Source of the DNA: Bigelowiella natans CCMP2755
Lineage: Eukaryota; Protista; Cercozoa
DNA: 33,705 nucleotides
Direction of reading: 5' to 3'
NCBI GenBank assembly: GCA_000320545.1
Contig: ADNK01002322.1
Location: forward strand, 1-33,705
Notes under the pieces: generated by a model
Seen by the model: the letters and a program-made list of their open reading frames with translations, nothing else
The model's database searches: none
Told to the model about the DNA's origin: nothing
Shown here: positions 22,648 to 33,705 of the stretch, in pieces
How positions within the stretch are numbered: the stretch's first letter is position 1
How the letters are laid out: every line of letters starts with the position of its first letter
Program-made: the position numbers and the translations under genes

Positions 22648-25374
22648 TCATTTTCTTGCATCTGAGGCATCCCGACAAAGTTTGCCATAAAATTCGATGC
22701 CCCCAATGGTGAGCTCATAATCACCGAGACTGTTCTTGCCCGTTTGCACCACCCTGAACTTTCGAAAGCTCTCTTGGATTCCTTGAACTGGCCATGTGTG
22801 GTGCCCCCAAGATTTATTGATGCCAGGATCGTTTTCGTGACTACGAAGTGTCTTCCAATCCTCGCCATCATTGTTCGAACCCTCGAGACGCCAATTGCGA
22901 ACTCGGCGAGGCCTTCGCAATGACATCGAAGAATAGCCATCACCGTGGCGGATTGTATAAGCTTCAACGATGATCGAGTAACCCTGCTTTAGAGTCACTG
23001 ATACCCAGGAATTCCTGTCATTCTTTGTGTGGAACCTTGAATGTTTGAAGCGTTGGAGAAGTTTTGCCGGAGTTCCATAGCCACAACTCGACGAGCTGCA
23101 CTCTGCATAGCCGCGCACTACCGGGTCCATCCACTGGTCCGTGCCACATTTCGTCCCCAAGTAATGAAAAATACCCTTCCATTCCTTTTCGGATGTGTAA
23201 TGGATGCTTGCAATCACGGACGGGTCTTGCTCGCGATTCGAAGAGGGGGCGGACTCCAGGCTCGGAAGTGACAGGGGAGATGTGAATTTTGTTTTTACAT
23301 CATATCCTATTGTTCCTATGCCATTCCTTTGAGCGATCTGATTTTGTAAAGCAAACGCTTTCTTTCGGTCTGAACAGACTCCAATGCCATTTTCGTAACA
23401 GTGGGCAAGCGCCAAGATGGCAGAGACATGGCCTGAACCCGCAGCGTTCTGATACAATTCGAAAGCCTTTGTCATGTTTTTTGGCACTCCCGCACCGCTT
23501 TCATAAAGAACCCCAAGGTTAAAGGTCGCATCACCTAGACCACGGGCAGACGCCTTTTCGAAAAAATTTCTTGCCATGGCGAAATCTTGCTTTACACCCT
23601 TACCTTGCTTGAAACATAGCCCAAGCTCATTCTTTGCTACCCTGCAACCGGCGTTTGCAGCCTGCTTCAAATATGTCATCGCCGTTTCAAGATTTCGTTT
23701 CTTCCCACCAACGCCCGAAAGGTAGCAAATGCCCTTAGCACCCACACTTCCCATCTTCATCGCAAGAGTGACCAATTGCGAACCTTTGGCCCGGTTTTGG
23801 CCCCTCGAATCATGTCCCCACTGGAGGGCATAACCGCTCTCCAGCGTCTCCATAGCAAGCTCCTTTCGAAATTTCTCCTCGACTACATGTGTTGATTCTA
23901 AGAATGAGCCCAATGAAGCGAGTGCTTTGATTCCTCCGACAGCATCAAGAAAAGCTTCCCCCCCGCCTGCAATGCTCACAAGACCGGTAATGCCACCGGC
24001 TTCCTTGAGGAGGGTAGCACAGTCTCCGGTAACAGCAATCAATCCATCAAACCCTCCTAGCTCTTCTATTGCCGCTTTGAAACCTCCGTATGTTGCAACC
24101 ACAGCTCGAAGGTCACACGAGATCTGCCTAAACTTTTCGGCCGCACTAAGACGCGCCAGCAGGTGCTTGAATTCTGGGCGATCATCAGGATCATGCTGGA
24201 GGCAGGACTCTATGAGTCCTCGGGCATAGAGGTCTAGTTTCGCAATTTCAGGAATGGGCAGTTTTTCGGTTCCGCAGATTATCCGAAGAACAACTTCTCG
24301 GGGATTTTCATTGCCATAGGGTGTCCGGCCTCTAGTCATGATTTCCCAAAATGTCACCCCTGCCATCCACACGTCTGACTTTTTCGTATAAGCTCCTTTG
24401 GAACCGAAGGATTCCGGAGCCATCCATGCCCATGCTGAATGGGACCCACTGTAAAAGTCATTGCTCCCTAGAAAGCGAGATAGTCCATAATCAGAAATCA
24501 GAACGGTTCCATCTGATTTCATGAGAAGATTTCTGCATGCGATGTCGCGATGTATTATATTTCGTGAGTGAAGGTGAGCCAGTCCGCTGCATACGTCCGT
24601 GACAATTCTAAGAAATCTGTCTGGCTTTGTCATGTCGATCTCTTTGTGCAGCCTATCTAGACTTCCCTTGCAAAGCTCCGACATGAGACAAGGTTTTCCT
24701 TGCAGACTGACCATACCCAAAAATTGGAGTAGATTACGGTGACCTCTTCCGATCTGCATGAAGTTGAGCAGTTCTTTTTGTACTTCTTCATCATCAACTT
24801 TCCCATTCGGGATTTTCACAGCCACCTTGGTTCCACATGGGAGAGTCCCCTCAACTGCCTGGCCAAAGTTACCGGTGCCCAAAACCCGGCCAATCTTCAC
24901 CTCCTCGGCGGTGTATAGTAGCTTGGTACTCTGTCTCCTTTGGTGCAGTCTCTTCATCGTCACCTTCTGCTCATCTCTCGCTGTTGTTGTAGTAGAGGAA
25001 GAAGATGTGTTGACAGCGGAGCTTTCAATCGTTGGAGCATTAGTCGAATTTCCTTTTCCCACCTCCATTTCGGCCTTTAAAGTAGAGACCGCGTGATTAA
25101 TGCGCCGAACCCAACCTACTTTACCCAGCATCGCCTGAAGCTCATCGGAGGATAAAGCAGCCAGATCCTCACCCCTGAGTTCATTTTTGGCAATGATACC
25201 GATCAATTCTTGTGATATTCCAAATTCATCTGCCCTTTTATTCAACAATTCCAAAAGATCCTTCTCGGACAACTTCAAAAACTCATTCCGCCCCTCGAAA
25301 GAGAGTTTCTCGAGGTGGGGAACCTCCCCTCCATCATCTAAGTTATAAAACGCGTAGCCCTCCGCTGGCTGCAT
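22648..25374 (-). CDS. Intronless 908-aa protein: SAM-like domain, tyrosine-kinase-type domain, 10-aa Gly-Gly repeats, Sel1-like repeats, C-terminal F5/8-type-C/galactose-binding-like domain
   Basis: Single ORF with first ATG at 25374. SAM-like NELRGEDLAALSSDELQAMLGKVGWVRRI. Kinase motifs GTGNFG, VAVK, HRDIACRN, DYG, WMAPE, SDVW. Sel1 repeats such as ATFNLGVLYESGAGVPKNMTKAFELYQNAA. C-terminal GIFHYLGT..W.DP..YTIRH..RNWRLEGS..FRKFRVVQTGKN..IEFYG resembles the domain in HECTD1 and plant BTB proteins. Confidence 0.92.
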   Translation of the reverse strand: MQPAEGYAFYNLDDGGEVPHLEKLSFEGRNEFLKLSEKDLLELLNKRADEFGISQELIGIIAKNELRGEDLAALSSDELQAMLGKVGWVRRINHAVSTLKAEMEVGKGNSTNAPTIESSAVNTSSSSTTTTARDEQKVTMKRLHQRRQSTKLLYTAEEVKIGRVLGTGNFGQAVEGTLPCGTKVAVKIPNGKVDDEEVQKELLNFMQIGRGHRNLLQFLGMVSLQGKPCLMSELCKGSLDRLHKEIDMTKPDRFLRIVTDVCSGLAHLHSRNIIHRDIACRNLLMKSDGTVLISDYGLSRFLGSNDFYSGSHSAWAWMAPESFGSKGAYTKKSDVWMAGVTFWEIMTRGRTPYGNENPREVVLRIICGTEKLPIPEIAKLDLYARGLIESCLQHDPDDRPEFKHLLARLSAAEKFRQISCDLRAVVATYGGFKAAIEELGGFDGLIAVTGDCATLLKEAGGITGLVSIAGGGEAFLDAVGGIKALASLGSFLESTHVVEEKFRKELAMETLESGYALQWGHDSRGQNRAKGSQLVTLAMKMGSVGAKGICYLSGVGGKKRNLETAMTYLKQAANAGCRVAKNELGLCFKQGKGVKQDFAMARNFFEKASARGLGDATFNLGVLYESGAGVPKNMTKAFELYQNAAGSGHVSAILALAHCYENGIGVCSDRKKAFALQNQIAQRNGIGTIGYDVKTKFTSPLSLPSLESAPSSNREQDPSVIASIHYTSEKEWKGIFHYLGTKCGTDQWMDPVVRGYAECSSSSCGYGTPAKLLQRFKHSRFHTKNDRNSWVSVTLKQGYSIIVEAYTIRHGDGYSSMSLRRPRRVRNWRLEGSNNDGEDWKTLRSHENDPGINKSWGHHTWPVQGIQESFRKFRVVQTGKNSLGDYELTIGGIEFYGKLCRDASDARK

Positions 25375-25909
25375 GCTGCGATCTATCACGCCCACCCTCC
25401 CGTTATCCCCGGGTATTTCGCGTGAGGAAGGTCACAGGGGGGTGGGGGGGGGCGCGTTGCTTCGCCACAGTTTCTGCGAGAGAGAGCTTAAACAGAAAGA
25501 TAACAGACAACCCGTTGAGGCGAGACGCCCAGCGACATTCATGTGTTAATCCCCTCCGAAATTGCACAGCGACATGCAAATACATCGTGGATTATTAAGC
25601 AGAAACGCCTCTCTTTCGCTTTGGAAACGACGACGCGCGTTCCCTTTTCCAGGAAAGGAGGGTCTGGCTCCGAATTCATGCGGGTTTTATCCAGAGAGTC
25701 ATCCCCACATCCATTTTGGCTCCGAGAATGCATCTTTTTCATTTTGGGAATATGATAGATTCCTAATAATTCATACGATATTTTTAGTATATAATTTTGC
25801 CGAATCTCCAGAACTCCCCCCCTGCAAACATAACGGAAAGGGTAGCCGGGTCTTCGTCCTCCGAGGGGCCGCCCGGTTCCGATCATTTCACCGTCCTGAC
25901 TGGACCATA
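25375..25909. promoter_or_regulatory. Putative bidirectional promoter (kinase / CLU-domain gene)
   Basis: About 535 bp between divergent start codons. Positional inference only. Confidence 0.45.
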
Positions 25910-26386
25910 ATGGGGTGTGGAGCTCCATCTAAGCTGCCTCCCCCCGAAGAGGTCAGACATAACACGCGCAAGCTCCGAAATTCAAGTACTTACATATCTC
26001 TTTTTACTAGACGGAGGAGGAGCGGGCCCATAAATTAGAGGAGGAGCGGCAACGGAAACAACGGGTAAGGGATGAGAGAGCAGCCCAGCGCAAACGCCAG
26101 CTTGAAAATGAACGCCGAAAAGAAGAAGAGAATAGGCGACAGGCTGAGATGGAGAGGCAGGAACAACAAGAACGTTCAGAGAGGCTTGTAGAAGAAAAGC
26201 GAAGGAAGGAGGAAGCGGTCAAGGCGAAGGAGGCGAAGGACAAAGCCAACGAAAAAACACTCTCTCGAAAACTATGGGATCGCCTCTCTCTCATATCTAT
26301 GACAACGACAGTTCTTACATATTGGCAGAAGGCGGCGATGAGAGGTATGCTCCACCTCACCTCGTGCGTCTGAAAATATTGCTGAC

Positions 26387-26438
<52 letters not shown>

Positions 26439-27840
26439 CATTGCAAAAATAATATATACATAGAGAGAGAGACAGAGAGAGAGAGGGAGAGAGGTATGCA
26501 ATACATAAACAAGACAAGGTGTTTTCCTCTTTGCATCACCCTGTTACAATTTCCACATGCGGAACGGAAAATTCCTGTCTGCACAAAAGACCGAGCGCAG
26601 AAGTCGCTTTTCCCCCCCTCCTCGAACCACACGCTCCCGTTCTCTTTCCTAAATCCTCCGTCAACCATAGGAACATGGGTACCACTGCTTGCGGAGGCCT
26701 ATTGTGATTTACTTCCCGCACAAAAGTTATTCTGGGAGCTGAAAACCGAAGGTATGAAGCTGTTTCGAAGTCTCGTCGACGATCTATGGAGGGACGGTCG
26801 GCGGTCATCCCTCTCGAAACAGCTGGTGCGGCTTGAGAAACAATGTAAACAAAGGAAGGAGTACGTCCGCATCGATCGTACTGAAAATGGGGACCTTCGA
26901 GGTTGAGACTTGGAGCAGTGATGAGCTCATATTTGTGTTAGCGTTGGGTAGACATGTACCTATTTCTAACACAAAAAGCGCACGTTTAGAGTTTCACTAC
27001 AATGTATCATAAGTGAACGTATAGATTCTAATATATATTTATCATCATCATCACAGTTGTGAAAGACGGACTTGTCGTTAGATTATTCGGCTTTCAGGAG
27101 GAGGAAAACAACATCGATTCTCCAAAGTCTTTAGGTGCTGCAACAGTAGAAAATCCAGAACTTGCGTTTCAGTTCTGTTTGACGATGTTTCAGATTGTAG
27201 TTTTCGTTATGTGCTCAACGCTGTTATTTGCCTCGAATAAGGAGGAGTCAACACAACGGATGGCGAAGATTTCAGCCAGAGTGTGAGAGATCTATTGGAG
27301 GAAGAGGATACTAAGACTCTTTTCAAGCTCAAAATGCGCCAGGCTGATATCTTATACCGGGTTGCACACGATGATGGCAACGATGACGATGATGATGACG
27401 AAGACAATGATGATGATGATAAACAGGAAAATTCATTCTGTGCTACGATTTGAATGCGGACGGCCCTTGTCTTGTGGTCCCTCCATTTCACCCCTCCTCT
27501 CAAGACAGATGCTTGGAAATGAGAACTTGCCCTTACCCTCACTCCGATCTTCGGTTCTCCTTTTCACCTCCCTCCCTTCCACAAAATAGACTTTGTGCGA
27601 GGACCTGCGCGATTCAGAGAGCTGCTATCAGTTTGGATTGGAGACGAGGGAAGGATCGTCTAGAGAAGGGGGAGGGGGAAAGCGAAGGGGTAAAGAAGCT
27701 AAGGGCGAGGAGCAGCAGAAGGACAAAAAGGGTGCTGTATGATTCACCCACATATTGTTCGTTCACTCAACCGATCACAGCCATACGCCTACATATAGAT
27801 GAGAGTTTTATGTTTTAGTGCGATGTGATGTGGTGTGATT

Positions 27841-27874
<34 letters not shown>

Positions 27875-28596
27875 GAGAGAGAGAGAGAGAGAGAGTCTAT
27901 TGATATTTATTGTCGTGTTATTAATCCAAATGGATATTCCCCCCCCCCCCCCCCCCCCCCCCCCCCTCTGTCAGATGGAACGGCCAAAGATCGCATTGCT
28001 GCGGTGAAGGTATTCGTGCCGGCCTACCTTCAGTGCGACTACAAAGGGTATCGAGGCCTGATATCGACGATTCTGCCATTACCCAAGAAGGAGAAAGGAA
28101 AACTGTCTAGTGGCGATCGGAAGCCGCTCTCTCCGCTGCTTGATGCTGCTCAGGTTACTCGATGTTTATCTTTGCTATCCTGTGTTGATGATGACCGGGA
28201 TGATTCGGCCGTCCTTCCCAACATGGATGATATGCCCGCCAGTTCTCAACGCCGTCATCATCACCTCTGTCACCATTCCACATGAATATGCCACTGCTTT
28301 TAGTGCTGCTGCTGCGCTCCAGCTCTCATTTGTGTGGTCGTGGTTGCTGTTCCCTTAAAGGGGTTGAACCTGGGGGTGGAAAGCCTCGAAGGAGTTAGAG
28401 ACATTAGCGACAGCGACGACACCGGCCATGACAGCGCTGCTTTCGAGCGCACTGCTATGAATGAGGATGCGGAACAGAGACCCGTCATACCGATCGCAGG
28501 TCGAATACTGCATTTATGTCGTTTGCAGCACAGCAGCTTTCGTTTCCCAAATCTATTCATAGGGGGGGGATAGCAATCGTAGCTATGGTGGGATGA

Positions 28597-28634
<38 letters not shown>

Positions 28635-28693
28635 ATGGTGGTAGCGGAAGCTGTCTAAAAGACAACGACTCCGACGAAACGTACGTCCCTGAT

Positions 28694-28724
<31 letters not shown>

Positions 28725-29394
28725 GATAGAACGCTTGAAAAACATGCGCCTCTTCTGCTTTGTTGCTATCTTCTCTTCTCACACTCCGTAAACCGGCTAG
28801 GTTCGCTGTACCCCTACTGCGGCCAGGGGGCGAAGAACGCGCGCGGCCAAGCGAACAAGGGAGGCGATGGACAAATTAATAAAAAATACTGTGAGGACAC
28901 CCAGCTCCCTCACCCACACTGCTGCTGCTGATGTCGCTCTTGTTGTAATAACCGTTAAAACGAGCAGCCTGTTATTTTATACCTGTTCTTATATGCTGCA
29001 TTTTGAAGATTGGATCCCTTCGAGCAAATGGGCCCCGGGAGAGGCGGGAGTGGCCACGGACGGACAGGTGTGAGCATCTCATCATCCGCCCTCGCTCCCC
29101 TCCTCTCCTGTTGTTTCCCCGTCCCACGCATCTCTTTATCTTCCTTGTGTTTGTTGTGCTTTGACACGTCGTCGTCGTCGTTGTCTTCGTCTTCGGTCGG
29201 TGTGTAATCAACGACAGGCTGCGCGCTGCGCTCTCAGGCCTGAGCTTCTATGGGAATGCAATGTAGTTGTGTGCAAAGGCAACTGTCGCGTTCGAACATG
29301 ACGGCACGAGACATTATATTAACATATATTTATACAACCAGATGTATATTTTTGAATATGATGCATGGTTGCGTGCGCTCTGCGTCACTTTGAT

Positions 29395-29476
<82 letters not shown>

Positions 29477-31066
29477 CGCGCGCGCGCGTTTGTTTTCATG
29501 AACACAGAAGCGAGGCATGTCAAAGCTCCTAAGCAGTGGCCTGATCTTCGGATTCGGTAACAACAGGTGATCAATGGCAGTCTTGCAAACATTAGACACT
29601 TTGACGCACAATCAAATCATGTATCTCTGTATTTCTAGCATGATTGACCTGTCTGTTTCGAATATTTCCGCACCCCGCCCTCTCCCACCTTCTACAAACG
29701 CAAAGGCTCGAAGAGGCAGAAAGCCAGAGACGGCTCGCGCGAGACGGTCTCGCGAGGCGGAAGGCCACCCAGCACATGCTGTACATCATGATCGGAAGAG
29801 TGGTGTATACGCTCAATCAAGAGATCCAATCCGTCGACAAGGTAGGCTTTTACTGATGCTGCTGCGGTGGAATCGGAATTCGGACTCAACTCTCTCCTCC
29901 CTCCCCCCCCCCTCTTCCCCCGAAAACAAGATTCTGAGTTGTTTATAGGTTATCACCGTCGGTTTCTATGCTCATTTCCATGCTACCCTCCCCGTCTGCC
30001 CCCTTCAACCCCCTTTCCCTCCCTCTTCGCACTCTTTTTTGTAGGATTGGTACATGAACTCTAGCATTAGATACAACCTCCCGCAAAGCGGTCTGGGCGC
30101 CATTTACAGGTGCATCTGAGCGCATGATGCATGGCGCGCGCAAATGCGAGCATCATAGATGACGAATAGCGATTTTCACTCTAGGCATCAATGGCCGGAT
30201 ACGATACGGCTCTCAAAGATATGTCATCGGTATAGATGGTTGAGAACACTTGCCACGTTGATGTTAGTTTTTTGGGGCGAGTGTCTATATGTGAGTGGGC
30301 GAGCACGGGCGCGTGTATATTTATGATTTCCTTACATGTAATAGTGCATACTATGTTTCTTTACGCTGTTTCTTTTTCCTCTTCTTCTTCATCATCATCA
30401 TTATCATCCTTGAAGGTATGGAGTGCCCATGCGCCATCTTGGCTGCCTTTGGCAGGTATTAGTAGCGGTTGCCGTCGTCGTCGTAGCGTTCCACCACATA
30501 CAATCGCATCAGGACAATTCTCCTTTAGCATGATCCAGAGTTTTCCCCGAAGAAGGGCAAAGCACCTCAATGCATAAATGTGTGTCTGCCTCTTGGTATG
30601 CGTGTGTGTGTGTGTGTGTGTGTGTTGCGCGCGCGCGCGCTCAGCACATCCGCATGCAAGATCCGAGGCTCCGTTCCAGAATTTTAGGTAGATCGTCGAT
30701 GTAAACTCTGTAAAAAAAATCAAAAAAATCCATTTGTCCTGAAAATGAGACGAGGGCTGTGGAGGGCTAGGGCTGCGGAAGAAGGGGGAGCGGGGAGAGG
30801 GTGATGGAGGATCTGTTCGCGCATTTCTAGTCCGACGTGCGCGTTGAGTACATCGGGGTTTACTTGTTCCGTGTGAGCCCATTTTTGTTCTCTGGTTGTC
30901 TTCCCAGCTGAAATGATCGCCCGTTGCTTTAAGAAAAGATTGGCGGATGTTCTGCGAGGTACGCTTTCCACACAGCTCTCACATCCCATAATCGACAGCG
31001 TTGGGTGTGTGGATGATCCAAAGCGTGAGGGAAGGGAAGGGGAGGGGGTCCGATCCGGCGTGTGTG

Positions 31067-31109
<43 letters not shown>

Positions 31110-32239
31110 CAAGTAATTCTAAAACCTGCATATTATGATTCAGGTGCAAAGCCATTTCCCACCGACGACAACAGCGGCACAGCTGGCGGGCTGACAAAGG
31201 AAAGCAGCCCGAGGATGAAGAAGTACCTCATGATGGCGACGACGCCGAAACGGCTAGAGCCATTGAGCGCCACCTCGACGAATAGCCTGGAGGACCGAAA
31301 GCGCAGCCAGAAGAAGCCGACAGCCCTCCGTAGCAAGCTGAAAAAGACGAGGAAGAAGAACACGAATAAGGGAGCATTAGATCCTCCTGTAGTCAGCAGG
31401 AAGATAAAGTTTGCCGACGAGGACGTCGTCCTCAACGATGATGACCTAAAGATCAGCCATTTATCGACTCTTCTGGATGAGCTACAAGACAGGGCAGACA
31501 TGAGAGGCGGTGGAGACAAGGGGGGGAGGGGGGGGGGTCGGCAGCAGCAGCAGCCAACTAAGGCTGTCTCCTCCTCCCGCAACACCTCATCCAACCGCAA
31601 AAGTAGATATCAGCCCGGTGCGAAGCCAGAGAAGACAAAGCAAAATTCCTCGGTGAAGAAGAAGACGAAGAAGAAGAAGAAGAGGCAGAAGGAAAAGAAG
31701 CACAAGCACGCCGCCTCTGACAGTGTGCACCTGGAGAGCGATGAAAAGGACGTGAAACCCCCTGCGATGGAGAGAGCGAAGGCAAGGCTTCTACGATTCC
31801 TCAACCGCGTGCTTGGAGGTATTCTTTCACCCAAGATAATGAGTACTGATTGCGTTCCTATGATATTATGATAAGACAAAACAAACACAAACACACACAA
31901 ACACACTCACGCACACACTCACACACACACATACACCATACTGCTATTGACCTTGTCGTATGCCAATTATATCAGAACTTTCAGTTATTTCCTCCCCCCC
32001 CCCCCTCCCCCAACCCCCCGACATTTTTGAAGATGTTATCGTTCCAACTGAGATCCCCTCCCCGCTCCCCTCTCCCCCCCCGATAGGTGTGCGCGATTCT
32101 TCCTTTTTCTGGGAGCAATACGTAACACGATATCTGGAGAATAAGTTCGGTCTCCGGCGCTATCACGTCAGTGAAGAGAGAGAGATAATCCAACCTTGGA
32201 AACTACTGCTTCTTTATCATATTTCATTATATGGTGTTG

Positions 32240-32317
<78 letters not shown>

Positions 32318-33090
32318 CTGCTGCCGTTGTCCTAGGTGTCTGATGTCGAGTGGAAGGCTTTTGAGGCCGACAAGGAAGACCTCTTTGGTACTTCTGAATT
32401 TCACCTTATTGATGTACGAAGAGGGGGAGGGGATGGGGAGGGGGAGGGGCATCAGATTTGACACTGAAAAAGGACTTTGCGTTTCAACTATAGTGCTTGT
32501 TTGTTTACTTTTCATTTACGACTACAATTGGTCGATGTTTCTGGATGATTTTTATTCGAAAAATTGGAAACGAGCACGGACCCAGCTCCGCGCGAACAAA
32601 ATAATCTTCCTCAAGAATAGCAGGAGGAGGAGGAAGAATCACATTTGTGTCGTAGAACATCAGGAGTCTGAGGCGTTTCTCCAGTTGCACTCATGCAGCT
32701 TTGGAGAAGTGCTTCTCACTTCGACGGAAATACACAAATAATGATAAAAACTAGGCTTCAGTTTGACCAAATCATTGTACTTATTACTCACTATTGCTAT
32801 TATTACACGTACGGCTGGAATAGATCTTTGCAGTGATGGAGGCGGCGCGTCGCTCTCGAAGCTAGTCGCTTATTCTTCTGACAAGGCAGCATAATTATAG
32901 TATTTATTTTAGAAGTAGTAATAGACCATTTCCCGTCGATCTTGATGTCGTTCGCAACAAGCGCTAAATGCTGATATCGGAACTGCTTTTTCACTGGTTG
33001 CTGTAGGTGGGCAAGGTCCTCTGCAAGCTTCTCGATTCGAAGGTAGTTGCGCTTTTACATAATTGTGGGTGTATCTGCACGTGCACGTTA

Positions 33091-33125
<35 letters not shown>

Positions 33126-33321
33126 TTATTATTATATTTATATATGTGTGTGTAAATATTATATTGTTTTTGGTGTATTGATGCTCTTTGAACGGATTCT
33201 CCCGCTCGTACTTGAAGGACCCCGAGGTGTTCGTCTCCACGGATTGGCTGCAGGTTCAGATGGTGCACGCCTCGCACGTCGATCGCGAAAGGAAAGGTCA
33301 TCATGCGTCGTGCAAGCAGCG

Positions 33322-33362
<41 letters not shown>

Positions 33363-33566
33363 TGCGCGCGCGCGCGCATGCGCGTACTTTTGTATGCGTT
33401 TTGGTGTTTTGCCCCGGAAGGACTTTTGACATGTAGTCGCGATATGACAACTACCACAGAGAGGTTGATGCTGAGCGCCAAGCTGAAGTGCCAGGAAGCT
33501 AAAAAACGGTTGGTTAGGTTTTGCAACAACAATAAAAAGAGTTCGGTCGCTGACGATCTCGAGCGC
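25910..33566 (+). CDS. Large multi-exon CLU-central-domain-containing protein with a predicted N-myristoylation/palmitoylation start; probably continues past the window
   Basis: Starts MGCGAPSK at 25910, followed by a charged helix exon (26010-26344). Later exons splice to LSKICHR|YGVPMRHLGCLWQ (~30205-30454), EMIARCFKKRLADVLR (30910-30958), LLRFLNRVLG (~31790-31817) and SSFFWEQYVTRYLENKFG (~32098-32151). This is the ordered motif set of the CLU-central domain (H..GIN.R.LG, EMIAR..K, FLN..LG, S..FW..KF). A single-gene model across the whole span is inferred. Confidence 0.7.
28599..28627. repeat. (TAG)n trinucleotide microsatellite, intronic
   Basis: gtagtagtag.. run. Confidence 0.9.
29400..29488. 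repeat. Intronic compound microsatellite (CT)n(TG)n(CG)n
   Basis: Directly visible. Similar (TG)n(CG)n tracts at ~30602-30640 and ~33323-33376. Confidence 0.95.
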
Positions 33567-33618
33567 GTTTCGCACACTCCTTCATCCTTCCTCCCCTCCC
33601 TCCACGGCGGTCCCTCTC

Positions 33619-33672
<54 letters not shown>

Positions 33673-33705
33673 ATATATTATATACACTACTATCACTGAT
33701 GTACA

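Noticed and set aside
23041-25096. Plus-strand ORFs overlapping the kinase gene
   Set aside because: Antisense shadows of the real minus-strand CDS.

Overview
Intron-rich eukaryotic nuclear DNA with short GT-AG introns, many carrying microsatellites. The style suggests a protist such as a chlorarachniophyte, but that is inference only. Nine genes can be reconstructed: agmatine deiminase (-, 3' end outside the window), a small WW-domain protein (+), a TOM1/GPR137-like 7TM protein (-), a tail-anchored coiled-coil protein (+), a large coiled-coil protein (-), an SFC1-like mitochondrial carrier (+), AP-3 sigma (-), an intronless SAM/tyrosine-kinase/Sel1/galactose-binding-like protein (-) and an N-acylated CLU-central-domain protein (+, runs off the window). 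Eight of the nine form four head-to-head pairs. The most unusual signal is non-coding. Intergenic DNA downstream of gene 3' ends is depleted of TpA (4 TpA versus about 50 CpG in 21601-22560 by hand count). Diverged repeat copies there differ by TA versus CA/TG, and in a second patch most surviving TpA sits in CTAG. This looks like a localized, context-specific A:T-to-G:C hypermutation, the mirror image of fungal RIP. Exon boundaries and counts were done by eye and need computational confirmation.
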